A DNA stretch of 64,000 nt from an uncultured Chlorobiaceae bacterium (lineage in GTDB: Bacteria; Bacteroidota; Ignavibacteria; UBA10030; SZUA-254), in NCBI GenBank assembly GCA_964596065.1, contig CAZQSM010000004.1, forward strand, positions 6,566 to 70,565, given 5' to 3'. A model generated the notes under the pieces. It did not search any database and was not told the origin of the DNA. It saw nothing but the letters and a program-made list of their open reading frames with translations. Positions within the stretch are counted from its first letter, which is position 1, and each line of letters begins with the position of its first letter. The translations under genes and the position numbers were made by a program. Below are positions 8,783 through 17,454 of the stretch, in pieces.

Positions 8783-10888
8783 TTATTTGATCAGAAGCGT
8801 CTTGATGAAATCCCGCCGCCCGTCGACCGTAACGCGGCAGTAGTAGACGCCGCTCGGCAGACCGGTCGGACTCCAGGGGATGCGGTGGAATCCGGGGCCG
8901 CGCTGTTCCCCGCCGATGCGGCCGACGCGGCTGCCGTGCACGTCGAAGAACTCGACCCCGACCCATCCCGGGGATGAGAGTTCCACGCCGATGACCGTCG
9001 TCGCGTTGAACGGATTGGGGAAATTCCGCGTGAGGCGGAACTCCCCAGGGTGGCGGCGCGCTTCCTCCACTCCGGTTCCGCCGTCGTTCCTGTAATAGAC
9101 CAGGCCGCCCTTCGATGTGCCGACGAGCAGGTCGTCGTCACCGTCGCCGTCGAGGTCGGTGAACGCGATCGCCGGTTCGTACGGCATTCCGGGCCCGAAC
9201 CGGTCGTTGTCCAGGGCATAGGGCGTGTCGCCCCCGCTCCCGGTATTGCTGTAGGCCACGATGAGGCTCCGGCCTCCGGGGGCCGTGTCGCCGGCCGCCG
9301 GGGCGACATACAGGTCCGCCCGGCCCGTCGCGGCGTTCCACCGGAACGCCGGCCTCGCGTTGCTCCCGAAGTCCCTCCCCAGGAAGGTTTCGCTGACGAG
9401 ATCCGGCACGAACGTCGAGGCGTCGCCCGAATTCCTGTAGAAGCTCAGCGTGCCGTTTCCCTTCCCGACGACCAGGTCGGGATCGCCGTCCCCGTCCACG
9501 TCGGCCGCGGCGGGGACGGCGTACTGGCCCGTGACGATCGTGTCGACCGGCTGGAAACCGCCCGGGCCCGCGTTCCGGTAGACGATCACCCTCCCGTCGA
9601 ACCTCCCGAGGAGCAGGTCCGGGTCTCCGTCGTCGTCGAGGTCGGCGAAGGCGGGGGCGTACGAGTAATTCCCCGTGATGCCCGCGAAGGCGGTGTCGAC
9701 GAGGTGGAACAGCGGCGAGAGCGGGCTCCCCTCGTTCCTGAAATGCCAGAGCTGTCCGTCGTTGTTGCCGATGACGAGGTCGAGGTCGAGGTCCCCGTCG
9801 AGATCGGCCAGCGCGGGCGCGGCATTCTGCCCGACGTCGAGCGTGGCGGCGAAGTCCCGGGTGACGAGCGTGTAGGCGGGCGCGCCGGGGGTTCCGTTGT
9901 TCTCATAATGCCAGAAGGAGTTCCGGGTCCTGGAGTTCAACACGCCGACGAACAGGTCCGGGTCTCCATCGGCGTCGATGTCGGCGAAGGAGGCCTGATT
10001 GAATCCGACGGTCGACAGCGAGCCGTCCGGCGGGAACACGTTGGACGCGCACTCCAGCGCGGGGTCCTGGGCGGTCCCGGCATTCCGGAGGTGGAAGAGG
10101 CTGTGTGAAAAGAGGTCGCCGTACACAAGGTCGGTGGTGCCGTTGCCGTCCAGGTCGCTCAGCGCGACCGCGCCGAGCCCGTGCGCCGGGTTCTTGTCCG
10201 CGGCCGGCAGCCCCGCGCCACCCTGCGTGCAGGTGTCGCCCGTGATGGTGATGTCGCTGAGCCGCGTCGAGACCAGGGCGTACGCCGGGACGCCCGCGAT
10301 GCCGGTGTTACGGTAATAGTTGAACGACCCGTCGGCGGAGTTGCCCGAGAGAAAATCGGGAAGCCCGTCGCCGGTCATGTCGGCGATACCGGGCAGACCA
10401 CCGAAACCGGCGAACAGCGGAGCGCCGGACGTGTCGCGAAGATCGTTCAACCGCACCGACCAGGAGGGATCGGCCGGAGTCGCGTCGTTCCTCCAGACGC
10501 GGACACCGCTCGACCCGTCGTCGGTGAGGAGGTCGACGATGCCGTCGGCGTCGAAATCGACGAATCGGAACCAGTAACTGAATGCCGCCCCGCGGAAACC
10601 CCCCTCCGGCTCGAGTGAGAACACGGGGGCGCCGGCGTCGCCGACGTTCCGGAAATAATACCGTTCGGCGTAAAAATCGGAATCGAGGATGAAGAGGTCG
10701 AGGTCGCCGTCGCCGTCGAGGTCCGCGAACTGCTGCATCGGGGCGTTCAATCCGCCGGAGAGGGGTTCACGGTAGGGGACCTGGTCGCGGAAAAAGGCGA
10801 TTCCCGCGAGGTCCCGGACGAAATTCTGCCCCGCGGCCGGGCCGGCGAACGGGAACAGGGCGAGCCCCGCGACCAGGGCGTTACGCAT
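8783..10888 (-). CDS. FG-GAP/VCBS-repeat (integrin-alpha-like beta-propeller) protein with T9SS C-terminal sorting domain
   Basis: Signal peptide. At least 9 repeats of the D-x-D/N-G-D-G-x-x-D-L Ca-binding FG-GAP signature. C-terminus LTRNFPNPFNATTVIGVEL...SGVYYCRVTVDGRRDFIKTLLIK matches the Por_Secre_tail consensus. Confidence 0.7.
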   Translation of the reverse strand: MRNALVAGLALFPFAGPAAGQNFVRDLAGIAFFRDQVPYREPLSGGLNAPMQQFADLDGDGDLDLFILDSDFYAERYYFRNVGDAGAPVFSLEPEGGFRGAAFSYWFRFVDFDADGIVDLLTDDGSSGVRVWRNDATPADPSWSVRLNDLRDTSGAPLFAGFGGLPGIADMTGDGLPDFLSGNSADGSFNYYRNTGIAGVPAYALVSTRLSDITITGDTCTQGGAGLPAADKNPAHGLGAVALSDLDGNGTTDLVYGDLFSHSLFHLRNAGTAQDPALECASNVFPPDGSLSTVGFNQASFADIDADGDPDLFVGVLNSRTRNSFWHYENNGTPGAPAYTLVTRDFAATLDVGQNAAPALADLDGDLDLDLVIGNNDGQLWHFRNEGSPLSPLFHLVDTAFAGITGNYSYAPAFADLDDDGDPDLLLGRFDGRVIVYRNAGPGGFQPVDTIVTGQYAVPAAADVDGDGDPDLVVGKGNGTLSFYRNSGDASTFVPDLVSETFLGRDFGSNARPAFRWNAATGRADLYVAPAAGDTAPGGRSLIVAYSNTGSGGDTPYALDNDRFGPGMPYEPAIAFTDLDGDGDDDLLVGTSKGGLVYYRNDGGTGVEEARRHPGEFRLTRNFPNPFNATTVIGVELSSPGWVGVEFFDVHGSRVGRIGGEQRGPGFHRIPWSPTGLPSGVYYCRVTVDGRRDFIKTLLIK

Positions 10889-12086
10889 GGAGCGCGTCGG
10901 ATCGTTCCACCGGTTCCGCGTGGCGATGGTGAAATCGTTCGATCGTCACGGCCGAGAGCGCCATCCGCGTGAGCTCCCGGAGGTCGAGCTTCGCCTCCTC
11001 GCCGAGGACCTGCGCGGGGTCCGCCCAGGTTCGGGGGCTCCGGGGTGCCAGGAACGAGCAGCAATCGTCGTACGGCTGGCTCGAAAAGTCGTGCGTGCCG
11101 ATCCGGCGCGACGTCGCGATCGTCTCCTCCTTGTCGGCGCCGGACAACGGTCGCAGGACCGCGATGGTCGCCGCCGCGTCGATCACGCGGATGTTTCTGA
11201 GCGTCTGGGACGCCACCTGCCCGACCGCCTCCCCGGTGACGAGGCCCTCGGCTTTTTCCCGGCCGGCGATCCTCTCGGCGATCCGGAGCATCATCCTCCG
11301 GTACAGGATGATCCGGAGCGAGGGTTCCGTCCTGAGCACGATCTCGTTCTGCACGGGGGCGAACGGGACAAGATAGAGTTTCGACCGGTACTGGTACGGT
11401 GTGAGCACCCTGACAACGTCCCGGACGAGCCCGACGGATTGTTCGCCGGTGTAGGGCATGCTGTGGAAATGGACGAACACGACGTTGCATCCCCTCTTCA
11501 TCATCTGCCAGCACGCGACCGGGGAGTCGAAGCCGGCAGAAAGCAGGCCGACCACCCGCCCGCTCACCCCGGCCGGCAGCCCGCCGGCCCCGGGGAGCCT
11601 CCGGGAATAGACATAGGCGGTCCCGTCGGCGATTTCGACCGACACCGTCACGTCGGGATCCGAGAGGTCGGCGCGGACGCCGTACGTGCCGCACAGGCGG
11701 GCCCCGATGCGCGCGTTGGTCTCCATCGACGTGAGCGGAAACCGCTTGTCGACGCGCCGGGTGTCGACGCGGAGGGTTGCGAACTTCAGGCCGGCGAGGG
11801 ACGCCTCCGAAGCCTCGCAGAGCGCCCCGACATCCTGCGCGACGCGAACGCCGGGGCAGATGTTCGCCAGTCCGAACACCCGCCCGAGCTCGCCGGCCAG
11901 CAGTCCGGCGTCCGCCGCGGATCCGGGGGTCAGTATGAATTTTCCATACCCTCCGCTGACGGAGCATTTCACGCCGGCCGCCGCGGCCGTCGCGCGGACG
12001 TTCCGCATGAGCGTCTGTTCGAAGTATTTCCGGTTTCCACCCTTGAGGACGATCTCGTGGTGGTGGAGAACGATGACGGGGTGCAT
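10881..12086 (-). CDS. thiI: tRNA 4-thiouridine(8) synthase ThiI (short form, no rhodanese domain)
   Basis: THUMP-like N-terminal region plus PP-loop SAGFDSPVA. 401 aa. Confidence 0.8.
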   Translation of the reverse strand: MHPVIVLHHHEIVLKGGNRKYFEQTLMRNVRATAAAAGVKCSVSGGYGKFILTPGSAADAGLLAGELGRVFGLANICPGVRVAQDVGALCEASEASLAGLKFATLRVDTRRVDKRFPLTSMETNARIGARLCGTYGVRADLSDPDVTVSVEIADGTAYVYSRRLPGAGGLPAGVSGRVVGLLSAGFDSPVACWQMMKRGCNVVFVHFHSMPYTGEQSVGLVRDVVRVLTPYQYRSKLYLVPFAPVQNEIVLRTEPSLRIILYRRMMLRIAERIAGREKAEGLVTGEAVGQVASQTLRNIRVIDAAATIAVLRPLSGADKEETIATSRRIGTHDFSSQPYDDCCSFLAPRSPRTWADPAQVLGEEAKLDLRELTRMALSAVTIERFHHRHAEPVERSDALHA

Positions 12087-12173
12087 TCGTAAAAGATATC
12101 ATTTACCGGAGGGAAAACCAAAATCAGGGACCGCCGGGGGGATGAAGTCCCGATCGCGGCGGCCGGCCGGGCG

Positions 12174-13478
12174 TCAATCCCCGGACGACCGCGACGCGCC
12201 GTGCGCGGTGAGCGCCCTCTGGAGGAGCGTCACGGGATGGATGACCTCCACCGCCGACCCCGCCTCGAGCAGGCCCCGTTGGATCTGGAGGTGGCATCCC
12301 GGGTTTCCCGTCACGACGGTCCCGGCCCCGCACCCGAGGATGTTCGCGATCTTCCGCCGGAGCAGTTCGTCGGCATCGTCGGGCCGGATGAGGTTGTAGA
12401 TGCCGGCGCTCCCGCAGCAGCGCGAGGCGTCGGGGAGTTCGACGAACCGCACGCCCGGGATCGTTTGGATAAGCGCCCGGGGTTGTTTCGACACGCCCTG
12501 GCCGTGGACCAGGTGGCACGCCTCGTGGTAGGTGACCGACGCCGCCACCGACCCGCCGGACGCACCGATTCCCCGGGCGTGGAGGAATTCCGACACGTCC
12601 GCGACCGTCGCCGAAAATCGGGCGGCCCGGTCCGCCATCGCCGGATCGTCCGCGAACAGGCGCCCGTACCCCTTCATGAAGGAGCCGCAGCCGGCGGCGT
12701 TCACGACGACCGCGTCCAACCCGTCAGGAAAGAGGCCGATCGTGTCCGCGGCGAGCTCTCGGGCCCGGGTGTCATCGCCGTTGTGGCCGTGGAGTGAACC
12801 GCAGCAGAATTGCCCCCGCGGAACGACCACGTCGAACCCGGAGCGCCTCAGGAGGTCCGCGGTACCGGAGTGGACCGAGGGGAACGTCTCATTCATCACG
12901 CAGCCCGTGAAGAGCCCCGTCCGGCCGGCCGGCGCGCCGCGGCCCCGCAGGAGGTCGGGCACCGCGGAAAGGTAGGAGCGGTCGGCGACGTCGGGGAGCG
13001 ACAGGACGATCCGGCGGATGGCGTCCGGGAAGACGTTCAGGATTCCGGAGCGTTCAACCGCCTCCCTCAGCCCCGACCGGCGGTAGCCCCGCATCAACCG
13101 GGCGAAGAGCCCGAAGCCGGCCGCAGACCCGAAAATGACCCGGAGGAGGACAAATTTCCTGAACCGGAGAGTGAACGGTTCGAGCTTCCGGTCGCGGACG
13201 ATGCCGCGCGCCATCTCCACGATTTCTCCGTACCGGACCCCCGCCGGGCAGGCTGGCTCGCACGCCCGGCAGTCGAGGCAGAAATTCATCTCGTCGGCGA
13301 ACGCCCGTCCCGGCACCAGCGAACCATCGAGCACCGACCGCACGAGGCGGATCCTCCCGCGGGGGGACGAGGCCTCGTCGAGCGTCATCTCGTAGGTGGG
13401 GCACGAGGGGAGGCAGAGACCGCAGTGGAGGCAGGTGTTGAGCACGGCGTCGATATGTTCCCGGCCCGGTCCCCTCAC
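12174..13478 (-). CDS. glcF: glycolate oxidase iron-sulfur subunit GlcF-like (Fe-S)-binding protein
   Basis: Two 4Fe-4S ferredoxin motifs (CLHCGLCLPSCP, CLDCRACEPACP). Two CCG cysteine-rich domains (QFCCGS, RCCGSAG). Confidence 0.75.
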   Translation of the reverse strand: MRGPGREHIDAVLNTCLHCGLCLPSCPTYEMTLDEASSPRGRIRLVRSVLDGSLVPGRAFADEMNFCLDCRACEPACPAGVRYGEIVEMARGIVRDRKLEPFTLRFRKFVLLRVIFGSAAGFGLFARLMRGYRRSGLREAVERSGILNVFPDAIRRIVLSLPDVADRSYLSAVPDLLRGRGAPAGRTGLFTGCVMNETFPSVHSGTADLLRRSGFDVVVPRGQFCCGSLHGHNGDDTRARELAADTIGLFPDGLDAVVVNAAGCGSFMKGYGRLFADDPAMADRAARFSATVADVSEFLHARGIGASGGSVAASVTYHEACHLVHGQGVSKQPRALIQTIPGVRFVELPDASRCCGSAGIYNLIRPDDADELLRRKIANILGCGAGTVVTGNPGCHLQIQRGLLEAGSAVEVIHPVTLLQRALTAHGASRSSGD

Positions 13479-13479
13479 C

Positions 13480-14148
13480 TCAGGCGCGCCTCCCGAGCAG
13501 CGGCAGAAGCGCGGCCCCCGCGACGAAGCCCCCGATATGGGCCCACCACGCGACCCCTCCGGCGTCGGCCCCGATCTGCAGCGCGAGGAGCCCGCTCCCG
13601 ATCTGCATCAGGAACCAGAGCCCGAGAAAGACGAACGCGGGGAGTTCGATCAGCTGGAAAAAGACGAAGATCGGGATGAGCGTCAGTACCCTCGCGCGCG
13701 GGAAGAGGATGACGTAGGCCCCCAGCACCCCGGCGATGGCGCCGCTCGCCCCCACCATCGGGACGACCGAGGTCGGTTCGATGTACACCTGCGTCGCCGC
13801 GGCCGCGGCGCCCGTCATCAGGTAGAACAGGACGAATCGGCCGTGCCCGAACCGGTCCTCGATGTTGTCCCCGAAGACGTAGAGAAAGACCATGTTGCCC
13901 AGGAGGTGCATCCATCCCCCGTGGAGAAACATCGAGGTGAAGAACGAGAGGTAGGCGACCGGGTCGTCCGCGTAGGTGTCCAGCGCTTCGCTCACGCGAG
14001 AGGGAACCACGCCCAGCGACGCGAAGAGCCGTCCGAGATCCTCCCCGAGCGAAAGTTCGAAGAGAAAGACCGCGGCGTTCAGGCCGATCAGCGCATAGAC
14101 GACGTACGGGACCGAACGGGACGGGTTGGTGTCTCTCAGGGGGATCAT
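13480..14148 (-). CDS. rhomboid family intramembrane serine protease
   Basis: Six predicted TM segments. Catalytic GASGAIAG serine motif and His in AHIGGF. 222 aa. Confidence 0.75.
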   Translation of the reverse strand: MIPLRDTNPSRSVPYVVYALIGLNAAVFLFELSLGEDLGRLFASLGVVPSRVSEALDTYADDPVAYLSFFTSMFLHGGWMHLLGNMVFLYVFGDNIEDRFGHGRFVLFYLMTGAAAAATQVYIEPTSVVPMVGASGAIAGVLGAYVILFPRARVLTLIPIFVFFQLIELPAFVFLGLWFLMQIGSGLLALQIGADAGGVAWWAHIGGFVAGAALLPLLGRRA

Positions 14149-14157
14149 CGCGGGGGT

Positions 14158-14814
14158 TCAGCGGTCGAGGAGCGGGGCGAACCACGCCATCATGTCGCCG
14201 AGGCTCTCCTCGTTGATCTGATGCCCCATGTCGTATTCGCGGTAGGTGACGACTGCGCCGTGAGATTCCAGCAGCTCCTTCGCCCGCCTGCTGTAGGCGA
14301 ACGGGATCACGGGGTCGTAAATGCCGTGGGCGACGAAGAAGGGCTTCCCCTTCACTCCCTCCCACCGGAACGTGAGCCCGGCATCCTCGGGCACGTACCC
14401 GCTGTTCGCGATCACGCCGGCGAGCAGTTCCGGCCGGGTGAGCGCGACCGCGAGGGACATGATCGATCCCATGCTGAATCCCCCGCAGTAGAGCCTGCCC
14501 GGATCGATGCCATGGCGTTCGACCGCTTCGGCGATGAACGCCAGCAGCGTGTCGTAACTCGACCGGAACATCGCGGCGTCCGGCCTGCCGATCTCCTCCA
14601 GGTCGTACCAGGTGTACCCGCCCCCGTTCGCGAACGGGTGCGGCGCCCGGGGCGCGATGATAAGCAGCCGGTCGTCGAAGTACTCGGAGAGGCCGAGCAG
14701 GTCGTCTTCGTCGGCGCCCCGGCCGTGGAGGAGGATCAGCGCCGGCGGTTTGCCGGGGCCGCTCCTCCTGGGCTGGAGGAATTTATAGACAAGGGAACGT
14801 TGTTCGCGGCTCAC
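14158..14814 (-). CDS. alpha/beta hydrolase (phospholipase/carboxylesterase family)
   Basis: LILLHGRGADEDDL and GFSMGS nucleophile elbow. C-terminal His (MGHQI). Confidence 0.7.
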   Translation of the reverse strand: MSREQRSLVYKFLQPRRSGPGKPPALILLHGRGADEDDLLGLSEYFDDRLLIIAPRAPHPFANGGGYTWYDLEEIGRPDAAMFRSSYDTLLAFIAEAVERHGIDPGRLYCGGFSMGSIMSLAVALTRPELLAGVIANSGYVPEDAGLTFRWEGVKGKPFFVAHGIYDPVIPFAYSRRAKELLESHGAVVTYREYDMGHQINEESLGDMMAWFAPLLDR

Positions 14815-14818
14815 GGCG

Positions 14819-16273
14819 TCATACCCACGCCACGTCTTCGAATTTCCGTATCTGCTCGCGGGAGCTCGGCATCCGCCCCTCGCACCGCGGTTCGCAGTCG
14901 AGGATCTTCCCGGGGTTGAGGATGAGATTCGGGTCGAGCGCCTCCTTCAGCTTTCGCATCATCATCATCGAGGGGGACCCCACCATTTTTTCAAGCAACG
15001 GTTTCTTGAACAGGCCGACGCCGTGCTCGCCGGTGATCGTCCCGCCGAGGGCGATCGCCGCCTCCTCGACCTCCATCACCGTCCTGTGCGCCCTCCGGAA
15101 TTCCCCGGCGTCGCGTTCGTCGGTGAGGTAGTTCGGGTGGAGGTTCCCGTCACCGGCGTGGCCGAAGGTGCCGATCCTGATGTCGTTCCTCCGCCCGATC
15201 TCCCCGATCTTCCGTACAAGGGCGGCCAGCTCGGTCCGCGGGACGGCCACGTCTTCCATGATGGTGGTCGGCCTGACGCGGGCGAGCGAGGTGAACGCCG
15301 ATCGGCGCGCGACCTTCAACCTGTCGGATTCGGCGGCCCCCGAGGCCACCGTCACCGACGAGGCTCCGCACTCCGTGAAAATGGCCGCGATCCTGGCGCT
15401 GTCCCGCCCGACCACCTCCGGATGGCCGTCAGTCTCCGCGAGCAGGAGGGCGCCCGCGTCCGTGGGCAGGCCGAGGCGGGCGTATTCCTCGACGCAGCGG
15501 ATCGTGGTGTTGTCGAGGAATTCGAGCATCGCCGGGAGGATCCGGGCCGACACCACCGCGGAGACGGCGGCCGCCGCCGATTCCATCCGCGGAAACGCCG
15601 CCAGGAGTGTCCGTGAAGCTTCCGGTTTGGGGAGGATCCGGAGGAGGATTTTGGTGATGATGCCGAGCGTGCCCTCGGACCCGACGAGCACGTCCCGCAG
15701 ATTGTAGCCGGCCACGTCCTTCGCCGACTTCCCCCCCGTCCAGAGGATTTCGCCCGTCGGGAGGACCACTTCGAGCCCCATCACGTAGTTCTTCGTGACC
15801 CCGTATTTGAGCCCCCGGAGCCCCCCTGAGTTCTCGGCGACGTTCCCCCCGATGGTGGAGATCGCCGCGCTCCCGGGATCGGGCGGATAGAGGAAGCCGA
15901 GGGCATCGACCTCACGCTGCAGCTTCGCGGTGATCACGCCGGGTTCGACGGTGACGGTCTGGTTGTCGGCGTCGATTTCGAGGATCCGGTTCCGGTGGGC
16001 CATCAGGACGACGACCGAGCCTTTCACCGGCAGGGCCCCCCCGCTCAGTCCTGTCCCGGAGCCGCGGGGAACGAGCGGCGTCCCGGTCTCGTTGGCGAGC
16101 CTGACGATGGAGGAGATTTCGGCCGGCGAGTTCGGCCTGACGACGCAGAGCGGGAGCTGCGGAGGCAGGGCGGTCGCGTCGTACGAATGGGCGACGAGCG
16201 CCTCCGGCGAATCGAACACGTTGTCGTGCCCGACGATTTCTCCCAGGCGGCGTGCGATCGTGCGCGAGGTCAT
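14819..16273 (-). CDS. glcD: FAD-linked oxidase, glycolate oxidase subunit GlcD-like
   Basis: FAD_binding_4 N-terminus (VVRPNSPAEISSIVRLANETGTPLVPRGSGTGLSGG) and FAD-oxidase C-terminal domain. 484 aa. Confidence 0.8.
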   Translation of the reverse strand: MTSRTIARRLGEIVGHDNVFDSPEALVAHSYDATALPPQLPLCVVRPNSPAEISSIVRLANETGTPLVPRGSGTGLSGGALPVKGSVVVLMAHRNRILEIDADNQTVTVEPGVITAKLQREVDALGFLYPPDPGSAAISTIGGNVAENSGGLRGLKYGVTKNYVMGLEVVLPTGEILWTGGKSAKDVAGYNLRDVLVGSEGTLGIITKILLRILPKPEASRTLLAAFPRMESAAAAVSAVVSARILPAMLEFLDNTTIRCVEEYARLGLPTDAGALLLAETDGHPEVVGRDSARIAAIFTECGASSVTVASGAAESDRLKVARRSAFTSLARVRPTTIMEDVAVPRTELAALVRKIGEIGRRNDIRIGTFGHAGDGNLHPNYLTDERDAGEFRRAHRTVMEVEEAAIALGGTITGEHGVGLFKKPLLEKMVGSPSMMMMRKLKEALDPNLILNPGKILDCEPRCEGRMPSSREQIRKFEDVAWV

Positions 16274-16344
16274 GCTTCAGGGAACGTACGCAGAGGTGGG
16301 CTGAAATGCAAGGAGGGTGGGTCCGGGTCCGGCCACCCGGCGTT

Positions 16345-17367
16345 TCAGGATCCCGGGAAGGAACGGCCGACGGCCCGGGCCACGACGGCCACTTCCCGCA
16401 CGAGCCTCCCGAACCGTTCGGGGTCGAGCGATTGTTCCCCGTCGGAGAACGACTCCGCAGGCCGCGGATGGACCTCGACCATCAGGCCGTCCGCGCCGGC
16501 GGCGACCGCGGCGCGGCTCATGGGGACGATGAGGTCGTGCCTGCCGGTGCCGTGGCTCGGATCGACGATGATCGGGAGGTGCGAAACACCCTTCACCGCC
16601 GGTACGATGTTGAGATCGAGCGTGTTCCGGGAATATTCGACGAACGTCCTGATTCCCCGTTCGCAGAGGACGACATTCGGGTTGCCGCCCGAAAGGATGT
16701 ATTCGGCGCTCATAAGGAATTCCGTCATGGTGGCCGAAAAATGTCGTTTCAGCAGGACCGGCTTCCGGATCCGCGAGAGGGCCCTCAGCAGGTTCGTGTT
16801 GTGCATGTTCCGGGCGCCCACCTGCAGCATGTCGGCGTAGTCGGCCACGATCGCCACGTCGCCCGATTCCATCACCTCGGTCACGACCGGGAGGCCGGTG
16901 CGTTCGCGGGCGGCCGCGAGGTGTTTCAGTCCGGCCTCGCCCAGGCCCTGGAACGCGTACGGGCTGGTCCGGGGTTTGTAGGCGCCCCCCCGCAGGAGCG
17001 TGGCGCCCGCCGCCTGCACCGCGGCGGCCGTCGAGACCACCTGTTCCTCCGACTCGACCGAGCAGGGGCCCGCGATGACGACGATGGCGGTGCCGCCGAT
17101 CGGGACACCGCGGACGTCCACGACCGTGTCCTCCGGTCTCAGTTCCCTGCTGGCGAGCTTGTACGGCTTCAGGATGGCGATGACGTTTTCCACCCCCGGC
17201 AGCAGCAGGAACGACTCCCGCCTCACCTTCCGTTCATCCCCGATGATGCCGACGATCGTGCGTTCCACACCCTTCGAGACGTGCGGGGTGAGCCCCGCCT
17301 CGCCGATCCTCCGGACCACCCCGGCGATCTGGCCTTCGGTGGCGGACGCCTTGAGAACGATGATCAT
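16345..17367 (-). CDS. aroG: 3-deoxy-7-phosphoheptulonate (DAHP) synthase, class I-beta with N-terminal regulatory domain
   Basis: KDSR/DAHP synthase core (GPCSVES, KPRTSPY, LLKRHF...IVDPSHG). Preceded by a ~75-aa ACT/ferredoxin-like regulatory domain. Confidence 0.8.
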   Translation of the reverse strand: MIIVLKASATEGQIAGVVRRIGEAGLTPHVSKGVERTIVGIIGDERKVRRESFLLLPGVENVIAILKPYKLASRELRPEDTVVDVRGVPIGGTAIVVIAGPCSVESEEQVVSTAAAVQAAGATLLRGGAYKPRTSPYAFQGLGEAGLKHLAAARERTGLPVVTEVMESGDVAIVADYADMLQVGARNMHNTNLLRALSRIRKPVLLKRHFSATMTEFLMSAEYILSGGNPNVVLCERGIRTFVEYSRNTLDLNIVPAVKGVSHLPIIVDPSHGTGRHDLIVPMSRAAVAAGADGLMVEVHPRPAESFSDGEQSLDPERFGRLVREVAVVARAVGRSFPGS

Positions 17368-17380
17368 CCCCGGCGGCCGG

Positions 17381-17408
17381 AAAAGAAAACCCCGCCCCGG
17401 GAGGGCAG
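17381..17408 (-). terminator. possible intrinsic terminator downstream of 17455..18606
   Basis: On the minus strand, a short GC stem (ctcccggggcgggg) is followed by ttttctttt, 47 nt past the stop codon. Weak stem. Confidence 0.25.
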
Positions 17409-17454
17409 GGTGGAGACGTGCCGATGGGGCGCGGGCGCGTGTTCCGCAGCGGGT

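Noticed and set aside
9050-10108. 352-aa plus-strand ORF inside the FG-GAP gene
   Set aside because: Antisense to an ORF with a clear repeat architecture and T9SS CTD; Arg/Val/Glu-rich with no domain features.
10747-12102. 451-aa minus-strand ORF in an alternative frame over thiI, and the 401-aa plus-strand ORF 10887-12092
   Set aside because: thiI (PP-loop SGGFDS, THUMP) occupies the locus in another frame. The alternatives are R/P/G-rich.
12087-12173. Possible terminator between glcF and thiI
   Set aside because: No convincing hairpin followed by a T-tract on the minus strand; the spacer is GC-rich without dyad symmetry.
13396-14919. 507-aa plus-strand ORF antisense to the rhomboid/esterase genes
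   Set aside because: Antisense to genes with catalytic motifs (GASGAIAG, GFSMG); low-complexity RE/RD-rich translation.
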